DNA of 24,000 nucleotides from Immundisolibacter sp. Lineage in GTDB: Bacteria; Pseudomonadota; Gammaproteobacteria; Immundisolibacterales; Immundisolibacteraceae. The stretch is taken from the NCBI RefSeq assembly GCF_014359565.1, contig NZ_JACIZD010000003.1, positions 252,357 through 276,356 of the forward strand. The letters run 5' to 3'. The position numbers and the translations under genes were made by a program. Position 1 is the first letter of the stretch. Every line of letters starts with the position of its first letter. The notes beneath the pieces are model-generated. The model was not told the origin of the DNA. It saw only the letters and a list, made by a program, of their open reading frames with translations, and did not search any database. Shown here one piece after another: positions 8,573 to 17,664 of this stretch.

Positions 8573-9250
8573 TCACAGCGGCTGAGCCGCAGGCGCTTTG
8601 ACAAAGCGCAGGTGCCCGGTCTTCATCCAGACCCGCGCGCCTTTGGCCGTGTCCGTCGCCGACAAGCGTTGGCCCTCGGGCAGGCGCAGCCAGGCATGCT
8701 TGCCCAGCGTCTCGCCGTCCACGATGATCTCGCCGTCGATGACGAGCAGCTCGATTCCGCCGGGCGCATCGCAGCTCAGCGCAGCGCCCGCGTCGAGCCG
8801 GCTGTAGGTCACGGTTTCGCGCCCGTCCTGGTGCAGAGTCGCGGTGGCGACGCCATTCACTGGGGCGCCGAGTTCGGCTTCCATGTGCTTGCGAACCGGA
8901 GTGCGGTCGGCCGGGTCGAACTGCCAGAGTTTCACGAAGATCGTGCACCCCTGCGCCGAGCCGGGCGTGTGGGCGCTGGTCGGGGGATTGCGCACGTAGG
9001 TGCCGACTGGAAAATCGCCGTGCTCGTCCTGAAACACCCCGTCGAGCACCACGAACTCCTCACCCCCGGGATGGCTATGGGCCGAGAACCTGCTGCCGGG
9101 CGCATACCGCACGATGCTCGTGGCGCGCGCCACCTCGTCCCCGATGCGGTCCAGCATGCGCCGGGCCACGCCTTGCACGGGCGAGGGGCGCCATTCCAAC
9201 CGGTCCGAATGCACGACGACGCGCTTGGAGAAATCCGCGTTGATTTCCAT
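8573..9250 (-). CDS. ChrR-like cupin domain protein (Cupin_7 type), stand-alone
   Basis: 225 aa from ATG 9250, preceded by AGGAGGGAG. The cupin motif is [40 protein letters not shown], and a second beta-barrel half follows. There is no zinc-binding anti-sigma N-terminal domain and no adjacent ECF sigma gene. Confidence 0.75.
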   Translation of the reverse strand: MEINADFSKRVVVHSDRLEWRPSPVQGVARRMLDRIGDEVARATSIVRYAPGSRFSAHSHPGGEEFVVLDGVFQDEHGDFPVGTYVRNPPTSAHTPGSAQGCTIFVKLWQFDPADRTPVRKHMEAELGAPVNGVATATLHQDGRETVTYSRLDAGAALSCDAPGGIELLVIDGEIIVDGETLGKHAWLRLPEGQRLSATDTAKGARVWMKTGHLRFVKAPAAQPL

Positions 9251-9861
9251 GAGACTCCCTCCTGTCGTGACCATGAGCTGGCGATCGCGTTGCCCGGCAA
9301 TCGCCGGGGTGGACCGCGACTTTCGCATGCCAGGGAGGGAGATTGCGCAGGGTTGGGGGATTTCAAGATTGGCGACACCCGCAGATATCAGGCAGGAAAC
9401 GGCGGTGATTTTCGGCGATCGTTGGGGAACAAAGGCCGGGTACGTTCGGCCGCGCTCGGTGCGAATGTGGGTGATATCGGCGCCCAGGCGTGATCGAGGG
9501 CGGCGGCCTGAACTGGCGGTCCCGCACCATGACCGCCATCGGCAGCTCATGCCGGCGGTCGCTGGTGTGGAGGAGTCTGCGTTTGCGGCGCGCCCGCTGG
9601 CTGTGCTGCGGCGCTGCTGTCCATAAGGTCATCGGCAAACGGGGTGAACCCGTCAGGGGCATCGTCGATTTTCCAGGTTCGTCAGGGCTGGCCTTTGCGG
9701 TCCAGCCGTTTCAGGTGGGCGGCGTATTGTTCGATGCGGTTGCGCTGTCTGCCGGTCGCTGGGCAGCAAGCCGCGGCCCGCGAGTCTGCGCGGGTTTCGG
9801 CGCAACTGGCTGCCGACTGGTGGGTGGCGGTGTGTTGAGCAGGGTTTGATGCCTGACCGGA

Positions 9862-10240
9862 TTACGCGCCCCCGATCACCCGTGCCACATCACCGTGGCA
9901 CTCGGCGCACTTGCCCACCAGCAGCAAGTCGCTGCCCTTGATGATGCCGCCGAAATTGGTGATGGTTGTTTGGTGACCGCACTGCCCACACCAGACGTTG
10001 ACGGATGTCGGCAGGGATGGACTCCCATCGCTGGCAGGCAGGTTTGGTGAATGTCGGCAAGGATTCCACGGTTGGGCCCGCTATCTCGAGCTGCTGTTCG
10101 ACAAGAAGCTGGCCTGCCGCCTGGCAGGCGCTGTGGAGAACGAAAGTCGACACGGGCATCCCTGCAACTTCCGCCGCGCGGCGCTGCAGACCCCGCGGAT
10201 CGGGCGTCATCCGTAGCGCAATTCGAACCCAGCCGGGCAT
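9862..10240 (-). pseudogene. TacA/DUF1778-like ribbon-helix-helix antitoxin homologue, apparently frameshifted. A CxxC...CxxC zinc ribbon is encoded in a second frame.
   Basis: The frame from ATG 10240 gives MPGWVRIALRMTPDPRGLQRRAAEVAGMPVSTFVLHSACQAAGQLLVEQQ, the DUF1778 pattern, then decays to a low-complexity tail ending at 9890. A second frame, open from 10080 to the TAA at 9862-9864, has no start codon before the motif and reads ...VWCGQCGHQTTITNFGGIIKGSDLLLVGKCAECHGDVARVIGGA. Confidence 0.4.
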
Positions 10241-10262
10241 CGAGTCGTTCAGATCGCTCACT

Positions 10263-10646
10263 TCACTCCCCTTCGACCCTTGCGAATCCGCGCAGCCATG
10301 GCTCGAGATGGGCGATATCAAACGTGCCCGACTCGAACATCTGCATCATCTGCGCATGGATCTGCATCGGCGCACGCTGCAAGCGCCAGCCGTTGATGCG
10401 CAAGAACACGTCGGCAGCCGCAAAGGCGATACGTTTGTTGCCATCCACGAAGGGATGGTTGATTGCGAGGCTTTCGAGCAGCGCCGCCGCCTCGGCCACG
10501 ATGTCATCGTAGTAGCCGGTCTGCGGGCGAAACAGTGCGGCCTCCAGCGCCCCGGGATCGCGCACGCCCGGCGCGCCGCCGTAACGCTGCATCAGCACCG
10601 TGTGCATGCCGAGCATGTCGGCCACGGTCAGGTAATCGCGCGGCAC
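10263..10646 (-). CDS. doc: Type II toxin, death-on-curing (Doc/Fic) family
   Basis: GTG start. It carries the Fic/Doc motif HPFVDGNKRIAFAAA and a typical N-terminus, LTVADMLGMHTVLMQRYGG..GVRD.GALEAAL.RP. Confidence 0.85.
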   Translation of the reverse strand: MPRDYLTVADMLGMHTVLMQRYGGAPGVRDPGALEAALFRPQTGYYDDIVAEAAALLESLAINHPFVDGNKRIAFAAADVFLRINGWRLQRAPMQIHAQMMQMFESGTFDIAHLEPWLRGFARVEGE

Positions 10647-10649
10647 GGC

Positions 10650-10895
10650 TTACTTCGCCAACTCCCGGTAGAGGCTGTCGAACTCATCCAGACTGGACGC
10701 GAATGATTCCATCACGTGACGGCGGGGACGCTTCTTCTGCTGCCGGTCGATGTAGTCGCGCAGGGCTTCGTCGAGCACCGCCTGGAACTGGCGGCCTTGG
10801 CTCTCTGCAATCTGTCGCAGCGCCGCCAGCACATCCGGTGCGGCTTGGGAGGAAAACTTTTCGCGGGCCGCAGTCGTCATGGCCATCTCCATCAT
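10650..10895 (-). CDS. Ribbon-helix-helix (CopG-like) antitoxin paired with Doc
   Basis: The stop lies 3 nt before the doc start. The RHH layout is KFSSQAAPDVLAALRQIAESQGRQFQAVLDEALRDYI. The likely true start is the ATG at 10880, which has GGAG 6 nt upstream. Confidence 0.75.
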   Translation of the reverse strand: MMEMAMTTAAREKFSSQAAPDVLAALRQIAESQGRQFQAVLDEALRDYIDRQQKKRPRRHVMESFASSLDEFDSLYRELAK

Positions 10896-11163
10896 GGTTC
10901 ATCTTGACGTTTCATGATAGGGCAGGGTCAGCCGTTTGCCACCGTCTGTCTGGCCTTCGATGCTCGACCGGTCGGCTTGGTTGACGATGAAGCGGCGCGC
11001 ATAACTTCTTTATTTTATGGGCAAACATCTGCGCCTTCCCGCGGGCCAAACGGAGAAAAGAGCCGGCTCTGGCGCAGGAAGTGGCCGATTTCGGGGGGGT
11101 CGGCCGGTGGCCACCCGCAGCACGGTTGGGCGGAACCCCGCGTGACGTGGGGATTTCAGGCAA

Positions 11164-11193
11164 TAAAAAAGGGCCCGGAGATCATCCGAGCCC
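11164..11193 (-). terminator. Rho-independent terminator after tRNA-Ala
   Basis: Stem GGGCCCGGA (11171-11179) pairs with TCCGAGCCC (11186-11193) with one mismatch. An A run on the plus strand at 11165-11170 gives a U run on the minus-strand transcript. Confidence 0.55.
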
Positions 11194-11204
11194 TTGTATG
11201 TATA

Positions 11205-11280
<76 letters not shown>

Positions 11281-11416
11281 ACGTGATGCTTGATTCGTCG
11301 ATTCCAGGGCGCCGCCGGTGTGGCCGGCCAGGGCGCCTGTTTTTTGGGGCGCGCAGTGTACCATGCGGCCTGTGCCGGCCAACATGTCGGCGCTGCGTCA
11401 TCAGGAGGATGCTACC

Positions 11417-11986
11417 GTGCGTAATAGTCGTCAGATGTTGCTGGCCACCGTCATGGCCGCTGTTGCCGCCTGGTCGCTGGCCGCGCGCGCCGGTGAGCTT
11501 GAGGACGGCATCACCGCCTTCGAGAAGCACGATTTCAACACCGCCGTGCGCCTGATCGAGCCGCTGGCCGAGCAGGGCAATATCGAGGCGGAATATTTCA
11601 TGGGTACTTTCTACATGTACGGCCACGGGGTGGCCATGGACCCGGCGCAGGCCACGGTGTGGTTCAAGCGCGCCTTCGGGCATTGGGAAACGCAGGCGCG
11701 CGCCGGCGACCCGGCGGCGATGGTGGAGGTGGCGGGCATGCTGACCTCGGGTCTGGGCGTCGATCGTGACGACAAGGCCGCCGCCGACTGGCTGCGCAAG
11801 GCCGGCGATCTGGGCTATGTCGAAGCCTGGGCGGAGCTGGGCGGGCTGTACGTGGAAGGGGCCGGCGTGCCCAAGGACCTGTCCGAGGGCGAGCGGCTGC
11901 TGAAAAAGGCCTCCAGCGCGGGCAGTGTGCGCGCCAGCGAGATGCTGGCCGCCTTGTCCAAACGGGTCGAGCCGGCCAGTTTCTGA
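11417..11986 (+). CDS. Secreted Sel1-repeat (SLR/TPR-like) protein
   Basis: AGGAGG at 11402-11407 precedes GTG 11417. The signal peptide is LLATVMAAVAAWSLAARA. Repeated Sel1 units follow (A..WF.KA...G...A...LG..Y..G.GV..D...A..WL.KA). Confidence 0.8.
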   Translation: MRNSRQMLLATVMAAVAAWSLAARAGELEDGITAFEKHDFNTAVRLIEPLAEQGNIEAEYFMGTFYMYGHGVAMDPAQATVWFKRAFGHWETQARAGDPAAMVEVAGMLTSGLGVDRDDKAAADWLRKAGDLGYVEAWAELGGLYVEGAGVPKDLSEGERLLKKASSAGSVRASEMLAALSKRVEPASF

Positions 11987-12025
11987 CCGAGCTGCCGTCA
12001 GCGTGCGCAGGTGTGACCTGACGGC

Positions 12026-12820
12026 GTGATCCTGCTCGCCTATCTTGCGGTCGGCGCGCTGGCCGGGCTGATCGCCGGCATGCTCGGTCTGGGTGGCGGC
12101 GTGGTGATCGTGCCGGCGCTGGCGCTGGTGTTTCCGCTGCTGGGTATCCCGTCCGAGGTGCTGATGCACTTGGCGATCGGCACCTCGCTGGCGGTTATCG
12201 TGCCGACCTCAATGTCGTCCACCTATGCGCACTACCGGCGCGGCGCCGTGGATCTGCCGCTGGTGCGGCGGCTGCTGCCGGGCTTGGTGGTGGGCGCGGT
12301 GCTGGGAGGCTGGCTGGCGGACAAATTACCCAGCGCGCTGCTCAGTCGCGTGTTCGGGGTATTCGTGATTGGCGTGGCCACGCAGATTTTCTTCAACGCC
12401 ACCGCGCCCGGTCGCCGGCCGCTGCCGGGCGCTGCCGGTCTGCTGACCACAGGCACGGTGATCGGCACCATGTCGACGTTGCTCGGCATCGGCGGAGGCA
12501 GCCTGACGGTGCCGTTTCTGAACTACTGCCGGGTGGACATGCGCCGGGCGGTCGCCACCTCGTCGGCCTGCGGTCTGGTGCTGGGGGTGATCGGGGCGGC
12601 GGTGTTCCTGTGGGCGGGGCGCGATCATCCCGGGCTGCCGGCCGGCGCCATCGGTTATCTGTATCTGCCGGCGTTCATCGGTATCGCGGGGGCATCGGTG
12701 CTGACCGCGCCGCTGGGTGCGCGCCTGGCGCACAGCCTGCCGGTGGTGACACTCAAGCGCGTCTTTGCGGTGTTTCTGGCGATGGCCGGCCTGCGCATGC
12801 TCGGCGTGCTGCACTTTTGA
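12026..12820 (+). CDS. TauE/SafE family sulfite/anion exporter (DUF81, YfcA-like)
   Basis: 264 aa and polytopic, with the duplicated GxGGG motifs (GMLGLGGGVVIVP and LLGIGGGSLTVP) characteristic of the family. Confidence 0.85.
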   Translation: MILLAYLAVGALAGLIAGMLGLGGGVVIVPALALVFPLLGIPSEVLMHLAIGTSLAVIVPTSMSSTYAHYRRGAVDLPLVRRLLPGLVVGAVLGGWLADKLPSALLSRVFGVFVIGVATQIFFNATAPGRRPLPGAAGLLTTGTVIGTMSTLLGIGGGSLTVPFLNYCRVDMRRAVATSSACGLVLGVIGAAVFLWAGRDHPGLPAGAIGYLYLPAFIGIAGASVLTAPLGARLAHSLPVVTLKRVFAVFLAMAGLRMLGVLHF

Positions 12821-12823
12821 GCG

Positions 12824-13330
12824 CTACGAATCCTGGCGCCGACGGTAGGTGACGAAGCTGTACGGGTGGGCGTTGCGCGCGTCGGCCGGGTGATCCTGGC
12901 GTGCCACCTCGCGCCAGCCGGGGCCAAGTGCCGGGAAATGCGTGTCGCCGGCGACGGCGGCGTGCACTTCGGTCAGCTCCACCGTGCCGGCGTCGGCCAG
13001 CGCCTGTGCATACACGGCCGCCCCGCCGATCACCATGGCCGGTCCGCCATGCGCCGCCGCCAGGCGGTAGGCCTCATCCAGGCTGCCGGCCACCTGCACG
13101 CCCGGCGGCGCAAAACCGGTCTGCCGGCTGAGCACGATGTTCAAACGCTGCGGCAGCGGCTTGCCGATGGAATCGTAGGTTGCCCGGCCCATGATGACGG
13201 GCCGGCCCAGCGTCAGCTCGCGAAAGTGCTTCAGGTCCGCCGGCAGATGCCAGGGCAGGGCGCCATCGCGGCCGATGACGCCGCCTTGCGCCACCGCCAC
13301 CACCAGCACCACCTCGACCGGCGCCGTCAC
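12824..13330 (-). CDS. folA: Dihydrofolate reductase
   Basis: The GTG overlaps the thyA stop (GTGA at 13327-13330). Motifs are [52 protein letters not shown] and VIGGAAVY. Confidence 0.9.
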   Translation of the reverse strand: MTAPVEVVLVVAVAQGGVIGRDGALPWHLPADLKHFRELTLGRPVIMGRATYDSIGKPLPQRLNIVLSRQTGFAPPGVQVAGSLDEAYRLAAAHGGPAMVIGGAAVYAQALADAGTVELTEVHAAVAGDTHFPALGPGWREVARQDHPADARNAHPYSFVTYRRRQDS

Positions 13331-14121
13331 ACGGCGACCGGGGCGGCGATGCGCGGCAGCGGGTCGTAATCCAGCAGTTCGAAGTCGTCGTAGCTCAGGT
13401 CGAAGATCGACTCCGCCGGCCGGCGAATGCGCATTTGCGGCAGGGCACGCGGCGCGCGGGCCAGCTGTTCGCGCGCCTGCTCCAGGTGGTTCAGGTACAG
13501 GTGCGCGTCGCCCAGGGTGTGGATGAACTCGCCCGGCGCCAAGCCCGTGACGTGCGCCACCATCTGCGTCAGCAGCGCGTAGGAGGCGATGTTGAACGGC
13601 ACGCCCAGAAAAATGTCGGCGCTGCGCTGGTACAGCTGGCACGACAGCCGGCCCTCGGCTACATAGAACTGGAACAGGACATGGCACGGCGGCAGGCGCA
13701 TGGCGTCCACCTGTGCCGGGTTCCAGGCGCTGACCAGCAGGCGGCGCGAGTCCGGATCGCGCCGGATGCGCTCGATGACGGCGCTGATCTGGTCGATATG
13801 GCCGCCGTGGTAATCCGGCCAGGAGCGCCACTGGTAGCCATACACCGGACCCAGATCGCCGTTTTCATCCGCCCACTCGTCCCAGATGCTCACGCCGCGC
13901 TGTTTCAGGTAGGCGATGTTGGTGTCGCCGCGCAGGAACCACAGCAGCTCGTGGATGATGGATTTGACGTGCAGCTTCTTGGTGGTCAGCAGCGGAAAGC
14001 CGGCCGACAGGTCGTAGCGCGACTGGTGGCCGAACAGGCTCAGGGTGCCGGTACCGGTGCGGTCGGATTTGCGCGTACCCCGTTCCAGCACGGTGCGCAT
14101 CAGATCGAGGTATTGCTGCAT
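13327..14121 (-). CDS. thyA: Thymidylate synthase (ThyA)
   Basis: 264 aa starting [31 protein letters not shown], with the active site [13 protein letters not shown] and the C-terminus [14 protein letters not shown]. The 501-aa track ORF is an artefactual upstream extension. Confidence 0.95.
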   Translation of the reverse strand: MQQYLDLMRTVLERGTRKSDRTGTGTLSLFGHQSRYDLSAGFPLLTTKKLHVKSIIHELLWFLRGDTNIAYLKQRGVSIWDEWADENGDLGPVYGYQWRSWPDYHGGHIDQISAVIERIRRDPDSRRLLVSAWNPAQVDAMRLPPCHVLFQFYVAEGRLSCQLYQRSADIFLGVPFNIASYALLTQMVAHVTGLAPGEFIHTLGDAHLYLNHLEQAREQLARAPRALPQMRIRRPAESIFDLSYDDFELLDYDPLPRIAAPVAV

Positions 14122-14166
14122 GAGGGGCGGGGCGCGAGGGAAGATGCCGGGCGCTAGAATACCGCC

Positions 14167-14568
14167 ATGAACGCTCCGCATGACCCCAACGAGCCCCGGC
14201 CGCACAACATCGCGGTGCAGGTGCGAACGCAATACCTGGCTGAACAGTCGGCCCCGCTGCAGGGCCGCTACGCGTTCGCCTACACGGTGACCATCACCAA
14301 CCGCGGCACGCTGCCGGCGCGGCTGGTGGCGCGCCACTGGATCATCACCGACGCCGGGGACAACACGCAGGAGGTGCGCGGCCTGGGCGTGATCGGCCAG
14401 CACCCGCACCTGGCGCCGGGCGAGTCGTTCACCTACACCAGCGGCACCATGCTCGACACGCCGACCGGTCTGATGCACGGCAGCTACCAGATGGTGGGCG
14501 ACGACGGCGTCGAGTTCGACGCGCCGATTCCGCCGTTTCACCTGGCGGCGCCCAACAGCCTGCACTGA
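14167..14568 (+). CDS. apaG: ApaG (DUF525) protein
   Basis: [58 protein letters not shown] parallels E. coli ApaG. Confidence 0.9.
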   Translation: MNAPHDPNEPRPHNIAVQVRTQYLAEQSAPLQGRYAFAYTVTITNRGTLPARLVARHWIITDAGDNTQEVRGLGVIGQHPHLAPGESFTYTSGTMLDTPTGLMHGSYQMVGDDGVEFDAPIPPFHLAAPNSLH

Positions 14569-14769
14569 GTGGACATTCTCGTGAACGGGCAGCCGCGCAC
14601 GGCCCGCGATGACCTGACCGTGGCCGAGCTGGTGGCCGAGCTGGGTCTGGCCGGCAAGCGCCTGGCGGTCGAAGTCAACCGCGACATCGTGCCGCGCGGC
14701 GAACATGCGACGCGCACGCTGCACGACGGCGACCGCATCGAAATCATCCACGCCATCGGCGGCGGCTGA
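14569..14769 (+). CDS. thiS: Sulfur carrier protein ThiS
   Basis: 66 aa ending in GG (IIHAIGGG). The ubiquitin-like ThiS pattern is VNG....L.ELV..L......LAVEVN..IVPR. The GTG start directly follows the apaG stop. Confidence 0.85.
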   Translation: MDILVNGQPRTARDDLTVAELVAELGLAGKRLAVEVNRDIVPRGEHATRTLHDGDRIEIIHAIGGG

Positions 14770-14822
14770 GCCGCTCCACAGAAGGCGTACAGAAGGCGGC
14801 CGAGCCGCCGGGACGCACAACC

Positions 14823-15617
14823 ATGACCGCACTCAACGACGATCCGCTGCGCATCGGCGCCCGTACCTTCACTTCGCGCCTGCTGGTCGGCACCGGCAAG
14901 TACAAGGACCTGGACCAGACCGCCCGCGCCATCGAGATGAGCGGCGCGCAGATCGTCACCGTCGCCGTACGGCGGGTGAACATTGGCCAGGATCCGAGCC
15001 AGCCGAACCTGCTCGACGTGCTGCCGGCGGACCGCTACACCATCCTGCCGAATACCGCCGGCTGTCACACGGCCGAGGAGGCCGTGCGCACCTGCCGCCT
15101 GGCGCGCGAGCTGCTGGACGGCCACAACCTGGTGAAGCTGGAAGTGCTGGCCGATCACAAGACGCTGTATCCGGACGTGACCGAGACGCTGGCGGCCGCC
15201 AAGACCCTGATCGCCGACGGCTTCGACGTAATGGTCTATACCTCCGACGACCCGATCCTGGCCCAGCGTTTCGAGGCCATGGGCTGCGTGGCGGTGATGC
15301 CACTGGCGGCGCCGATCGGCTCCGGGCTGGGCATCCGCAACCCCTACAACCTGCACCTGATCCTGGAACAGGCGACGGTGCCGATCCTGGTCGACGCCGG
15401 CGTGGGCACCGCCAGCGACGCGGCCATCGCCATGGAACTGGGCTGCGACGGCGTGCTCATGAACACGGCCATCGCCGGCGCCACGGATCCGGTGCTGATG
15501 GCCAGCGCCATGCGCAAGGCGATCGAGGCCGGCCGCGAGGCGTATCGGGCCGGGCGCATCCCGCGCAAGCTGTATGCATCGGCCTCATCGCCGCTGGATG
15601 GCCTCTTTTTTGGCTGA
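14823..15617 (+). CDS. thiG: Thiazole synthase ThiG
   Basis: [19 protein letters not shown]...NTAGC.TAEEAV...KLEV..D...L.PD...GF.V..Y...D...A..L...GC.AVMPL..PIGSG.G is a full-length ThiG pattern. Confidence 0.95.
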   Translation: MTALNDDPLRIGARTFTSRLLVGTGKYKDLDQTARAIEMSGAQIVTVAVRRVNIGQDPSQPNLLDVLPADRYTILPNTAGCHTAEEAVRTCRLARELLDGHNLVKLEVLADHKTLYPDVTETLAAAKTLIADGFDVMVYTSDDPILAQRFEAMGCVAVMPLAAPIGSGLGIRNPYNLHLILEQATVPILVDAGVGTASDAAIAMELGCDGVLMNTAIAGATDPVLMASAMRKAIEAGREAYRAGRIPRKLYASASSPLDGLFFG

Positions 15618-16308
15618 AGTTCAGACCGCCGCGTTGCCGGAGGCAAGCCACCGACGCGCCATCCGCAGCTTCGTGGTGCGTGCCGGGCGCATGACGCCGG
15701 GCCAGCGCCAGGCGCTGGAACGCCTGTGGCCGCGCTATGGCCTGGACCTGCCGGACGGTGCGCTCGATCTGGACCAGGCCTTCGGCCGGCAGGCACCACG
15801 CACGCTCGAAATCGGCTTTGGCATGGGCGATGCCCTGCTGGCGCTGGCGGCGGCGCATCCGCAGCAGGACTTCATCGGCGTGGAGGTCTACCCGCCGGGC
15901 ATCGGCAGTTTTCTGCTGCGCGTCGAGCAGGCGGGTCTGAGCAACGTGCGCGTGATCTGCGCCGATGCCGTCGAGGTGCTGGCGCGGCATCTGCCGGCGG
16001 CCAGTCTGGACCGCCTGTTGGTGCTGTTCCCGGATCCGTGGCCCAAGAAGCGTCACCACAAGCGCCGGCTGGTGAATGCGGCGTTTCTGGACCTGGCTGC
16101 GCGTGTCCTGCGCTGCGGTGGGCAGTTGCACATCGCCACCGACTGGGCCGATTACGCGGCGGCCATCGGCGAGGTTTTGCAGGGCAGCCCGGACTTTGCG
16201 CCGTCGCCCCTGCTGGCGGACGCTACCGGGCGACCGGAAACCAAGTACGAACGTCGCGGCCAGCGTTTGGGGCACGACATCCACGAGTTCCGCGTCCGGC
16301 GCCGATAG
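15598..16308 (+). CDS. trmB: tRNA (guanine46-N7)-methyltransferase TrmB
   Basis: [37 protein letters not shown] and [14 protein letters not shown] are TrmB motifs. ATG 15598 gives an E. coli-like N-terminal length. ATG 15574 is the alternative. Both overlap the thiG 3' end. Confidence 0.9.
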   Translation: MASFLAEVQTAALPEASHRRAIRSFVVRAGRMTPGQRQALERLWPRYGLDLPDGALDLDQAFGRQAPRTLEIGFGMGDALLALAAAHPQQDFIGVEVYPPGIGSFLLRVEQAGLSNVRVICADAVEVLARHLPAASLDRLLVLFPDPWPKKRHHKRRLVNAAFLDLAARVLRCGGQLHIATDWADYAAAIGEVLQGSPDFAPSPLLADATGRPETKYERRGQRLGHDIHEFRVRRR

Positions 16309-16479
16309 TTCGACAAGTCGATGATCCGCCGGCACGGCGGCAGGATTCTGACTGCCCAAGCTTCTGCCGGTGGCGGACCGGGGCTTGGCGATCGCCAGGG
16401 AAACGGCGTTGCCAAGGTCGCCGGCCGCGGCCTACCATGCGGCCGTCAAGCGCGCTGCATCAACGAGGAGAAACACGCC

Positions 16480-17619
16480 ATGGGCACCCTGGAGCGCTTC
16501 AATTTCGATGCCAGTCATCGCAAATACTCGCAAGATGACGTGCGTCGTGCGGCGCGCAACATGCTGATCGACGGCTGCCAGATGAAGGCCGGCGACGAGG
16601 TGCTGATCCTGAACGAGAACGGCATCACCGAACCGGCCGCCTCGGACATCATCGAGGACGAGGCGCGCAAGCTCGGCGGGCGCGTGCACGTGATGTGGAC
16701 CGACACCGTCAGGGGCCCCGAGGACATGCCGCCGTCGGTGGTCAAGGCCTTCGAGTCGCCGGACGTGACCATCTTCAACCACATGATCGCCGGCGTGCTG
16801 CGCATGGTGCCGTTCAACGGCCGCGGCATGAAGATGCTGAATTTTCTGCAGACCTGGGACCAGCTGGGTTCGCCGTTCGGGCAGGTGCCATACGGGGTGT
16901 GGCTGGAGGTGCTCAAGAACCTCGGCCCGCGCCTGGGGTCGGCCAAGCGCTGGCGCATCACCTGCCCGCTGGGCAGTGAGCTGTCCGGGCCGATCCCGCA
17001 GCCGGGCCAGTCGCCCAAGCCGGCCAAGTCCGACGCCAAGGCCACCGGCGACGGCTTCACGCTGCGCACCTTTCCGCTGGGCGTGTGCCAGGTGTTCGAT
17101 GCCATGCAGGCCAGCGGTCGCCTTGCCGTGCGCTGGCTGACGCCGTCCGGCATCCACGTGTTCGAGCCCAACGGCATTGCCCTGCCCAGCCCGGTGCTGA
17201 TCGATATCGAAAACGGCCGCATCACCGGCTTCGATGGCGACCCGCAGGCCGTCGCCCAGCTGCGCGCCTACATGGAAAAGTGCGGCGGTGAGACGGGCAA
17301 GGAGCCCTACATCGTCAATTCCTGGCACGCCGGCATCAACCCGCGCTGCGCCGTCACGGCCGGGCCCGAGCAGGGTCTGGACCAGTGGATGTACATGGTT
17401 CACGCCAACCCGCGCATCGTGCATTTCCACACCATCGGCCCGCTGCAGCCGGGCGAGATGTCGATTCCGGTGGTCGATCCGACCATCGAGTTCGACGGCG
17501 AGAAGGTGTGGGACGCCGGCCGGCTGGTGTTTCTGGATCGCCCCGACCTGCGCGACAAGGTACGCGCCTTCGGCGATCCGGATTTCGCCTTCCATCACGA
17601 ACTCGAAATCGGCATCTAG
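16480..17619 (+). CDS. COG2309 / peptidase-M29-fold protein, NicX-like (2,5-dihydroxypyridine dioxygenase family or aminopeptidase-like). Function unresolved.
   Basis: GAGGAG at 16463-16468 precedes ATG 16480, giving 379 aa. The N-terminal layout (G..V.IL....... A....A..LGG.V) and the C-terminal region (IENGRITGFDG....L..YM......Y..SWHAGINPR...HFHT.......IP...PTIEFDGEKVWDAGRLV) resemble my memory of P. putida NicX. The CDS itself is confident. The family call is moderate. Confidence 0.55.
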   Translation: MGTLERFNFDASHRKYSQDDVRRAARNMLIDGCQMKAGDEVLILNENGITEPAASDIIEDEARKLGGRVHVMWTDTVRGPEDMPPSVVKAFESPDVTIFNHMIAGVLRMVPFNGRGMKMLNFLQTWDQLGSPFGQVPYGVWLEVLKNLGPRLGSAKRWRITCPLGSELSGPIPQPGQSPKPAKSDAKATGDGFTLRTFPLGVCQVFDAMQASGRLAVRWLTPSGIHVFEPNGIALPSPVLIDIENGRITGFDGDPQAVAQLRAYMEKCGGETGKEPYIVNSWHAGINPRCAVTAGPEQGLDQWMYMVHANPRIVHFHTIGPLQPGEMSIPVVDPTIEFDGEKVWDAGRLVFLDRPDLRDKVRAFGDPDFAFHHELEIGI

Positions 17620-17664
17620 GCGCCCGCCGCCCAGCCCGCTCATGGCAACAAAAGAAGCACCCGT

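Noticed and set aside
9421-9450. GGAAC ... CGTT resembling an ECF-sigma promoter near the ChrR-like cupin gene
   Set aside because: The spacer is only about 12 nt rather than about 16-17. The element is on the plus strand and points away from the cupin gene toward a region with no gene.
9251-11204. Searched for an integrase gene and for a direct repeat of the tRNA-Ala 3' end (att site) that would delimit a genomic island
   Set aside because: There is no integrase-like ORF. The best resemblance (GATCGAGGG near 9492 versus GATCGAACTCC in the tRNA) is too short to be meaningful. The island idea is therefore kept only as a low-confidence finding.
14122-14169. TAGAAT at 14155-14160, six nt before the apaG ATG, with no Shine-Dalgarno sequence, suggesting a leaderless apaG mRNA
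   Set aside because: There is no convincing -35 or extended -10 element. The intergenic region is only 45 bp, and one hexamer match is not evidence. 5'-end mapping would be needed.
14100-14822. Looked for a TPP (thi-box) riboswitch upstream of thiS and thiG
   Set aside because: thiS starts directly at the apaG stop, and the 53-nt thiS-thiG spacer has no CUGAGA / ACCUGA-type thi-box elements. No riboswitch is supported.
13327-14832. 501-aa ORF suggesting a long N-terminally extended ThyA. Similar upstream extensions occur at icd (to 8279), mscL (to 5903), the cupin gene (to 9550) and the folA frame (to 13831).
   Set aside because: In each case the conserved protein begins at an internal start codon that matches the reference length: 14121, 8105, 5630, 9250 and 13330. 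The upstream parts are Arg/Pro-rich read-through that overlaps neighbouring genes.
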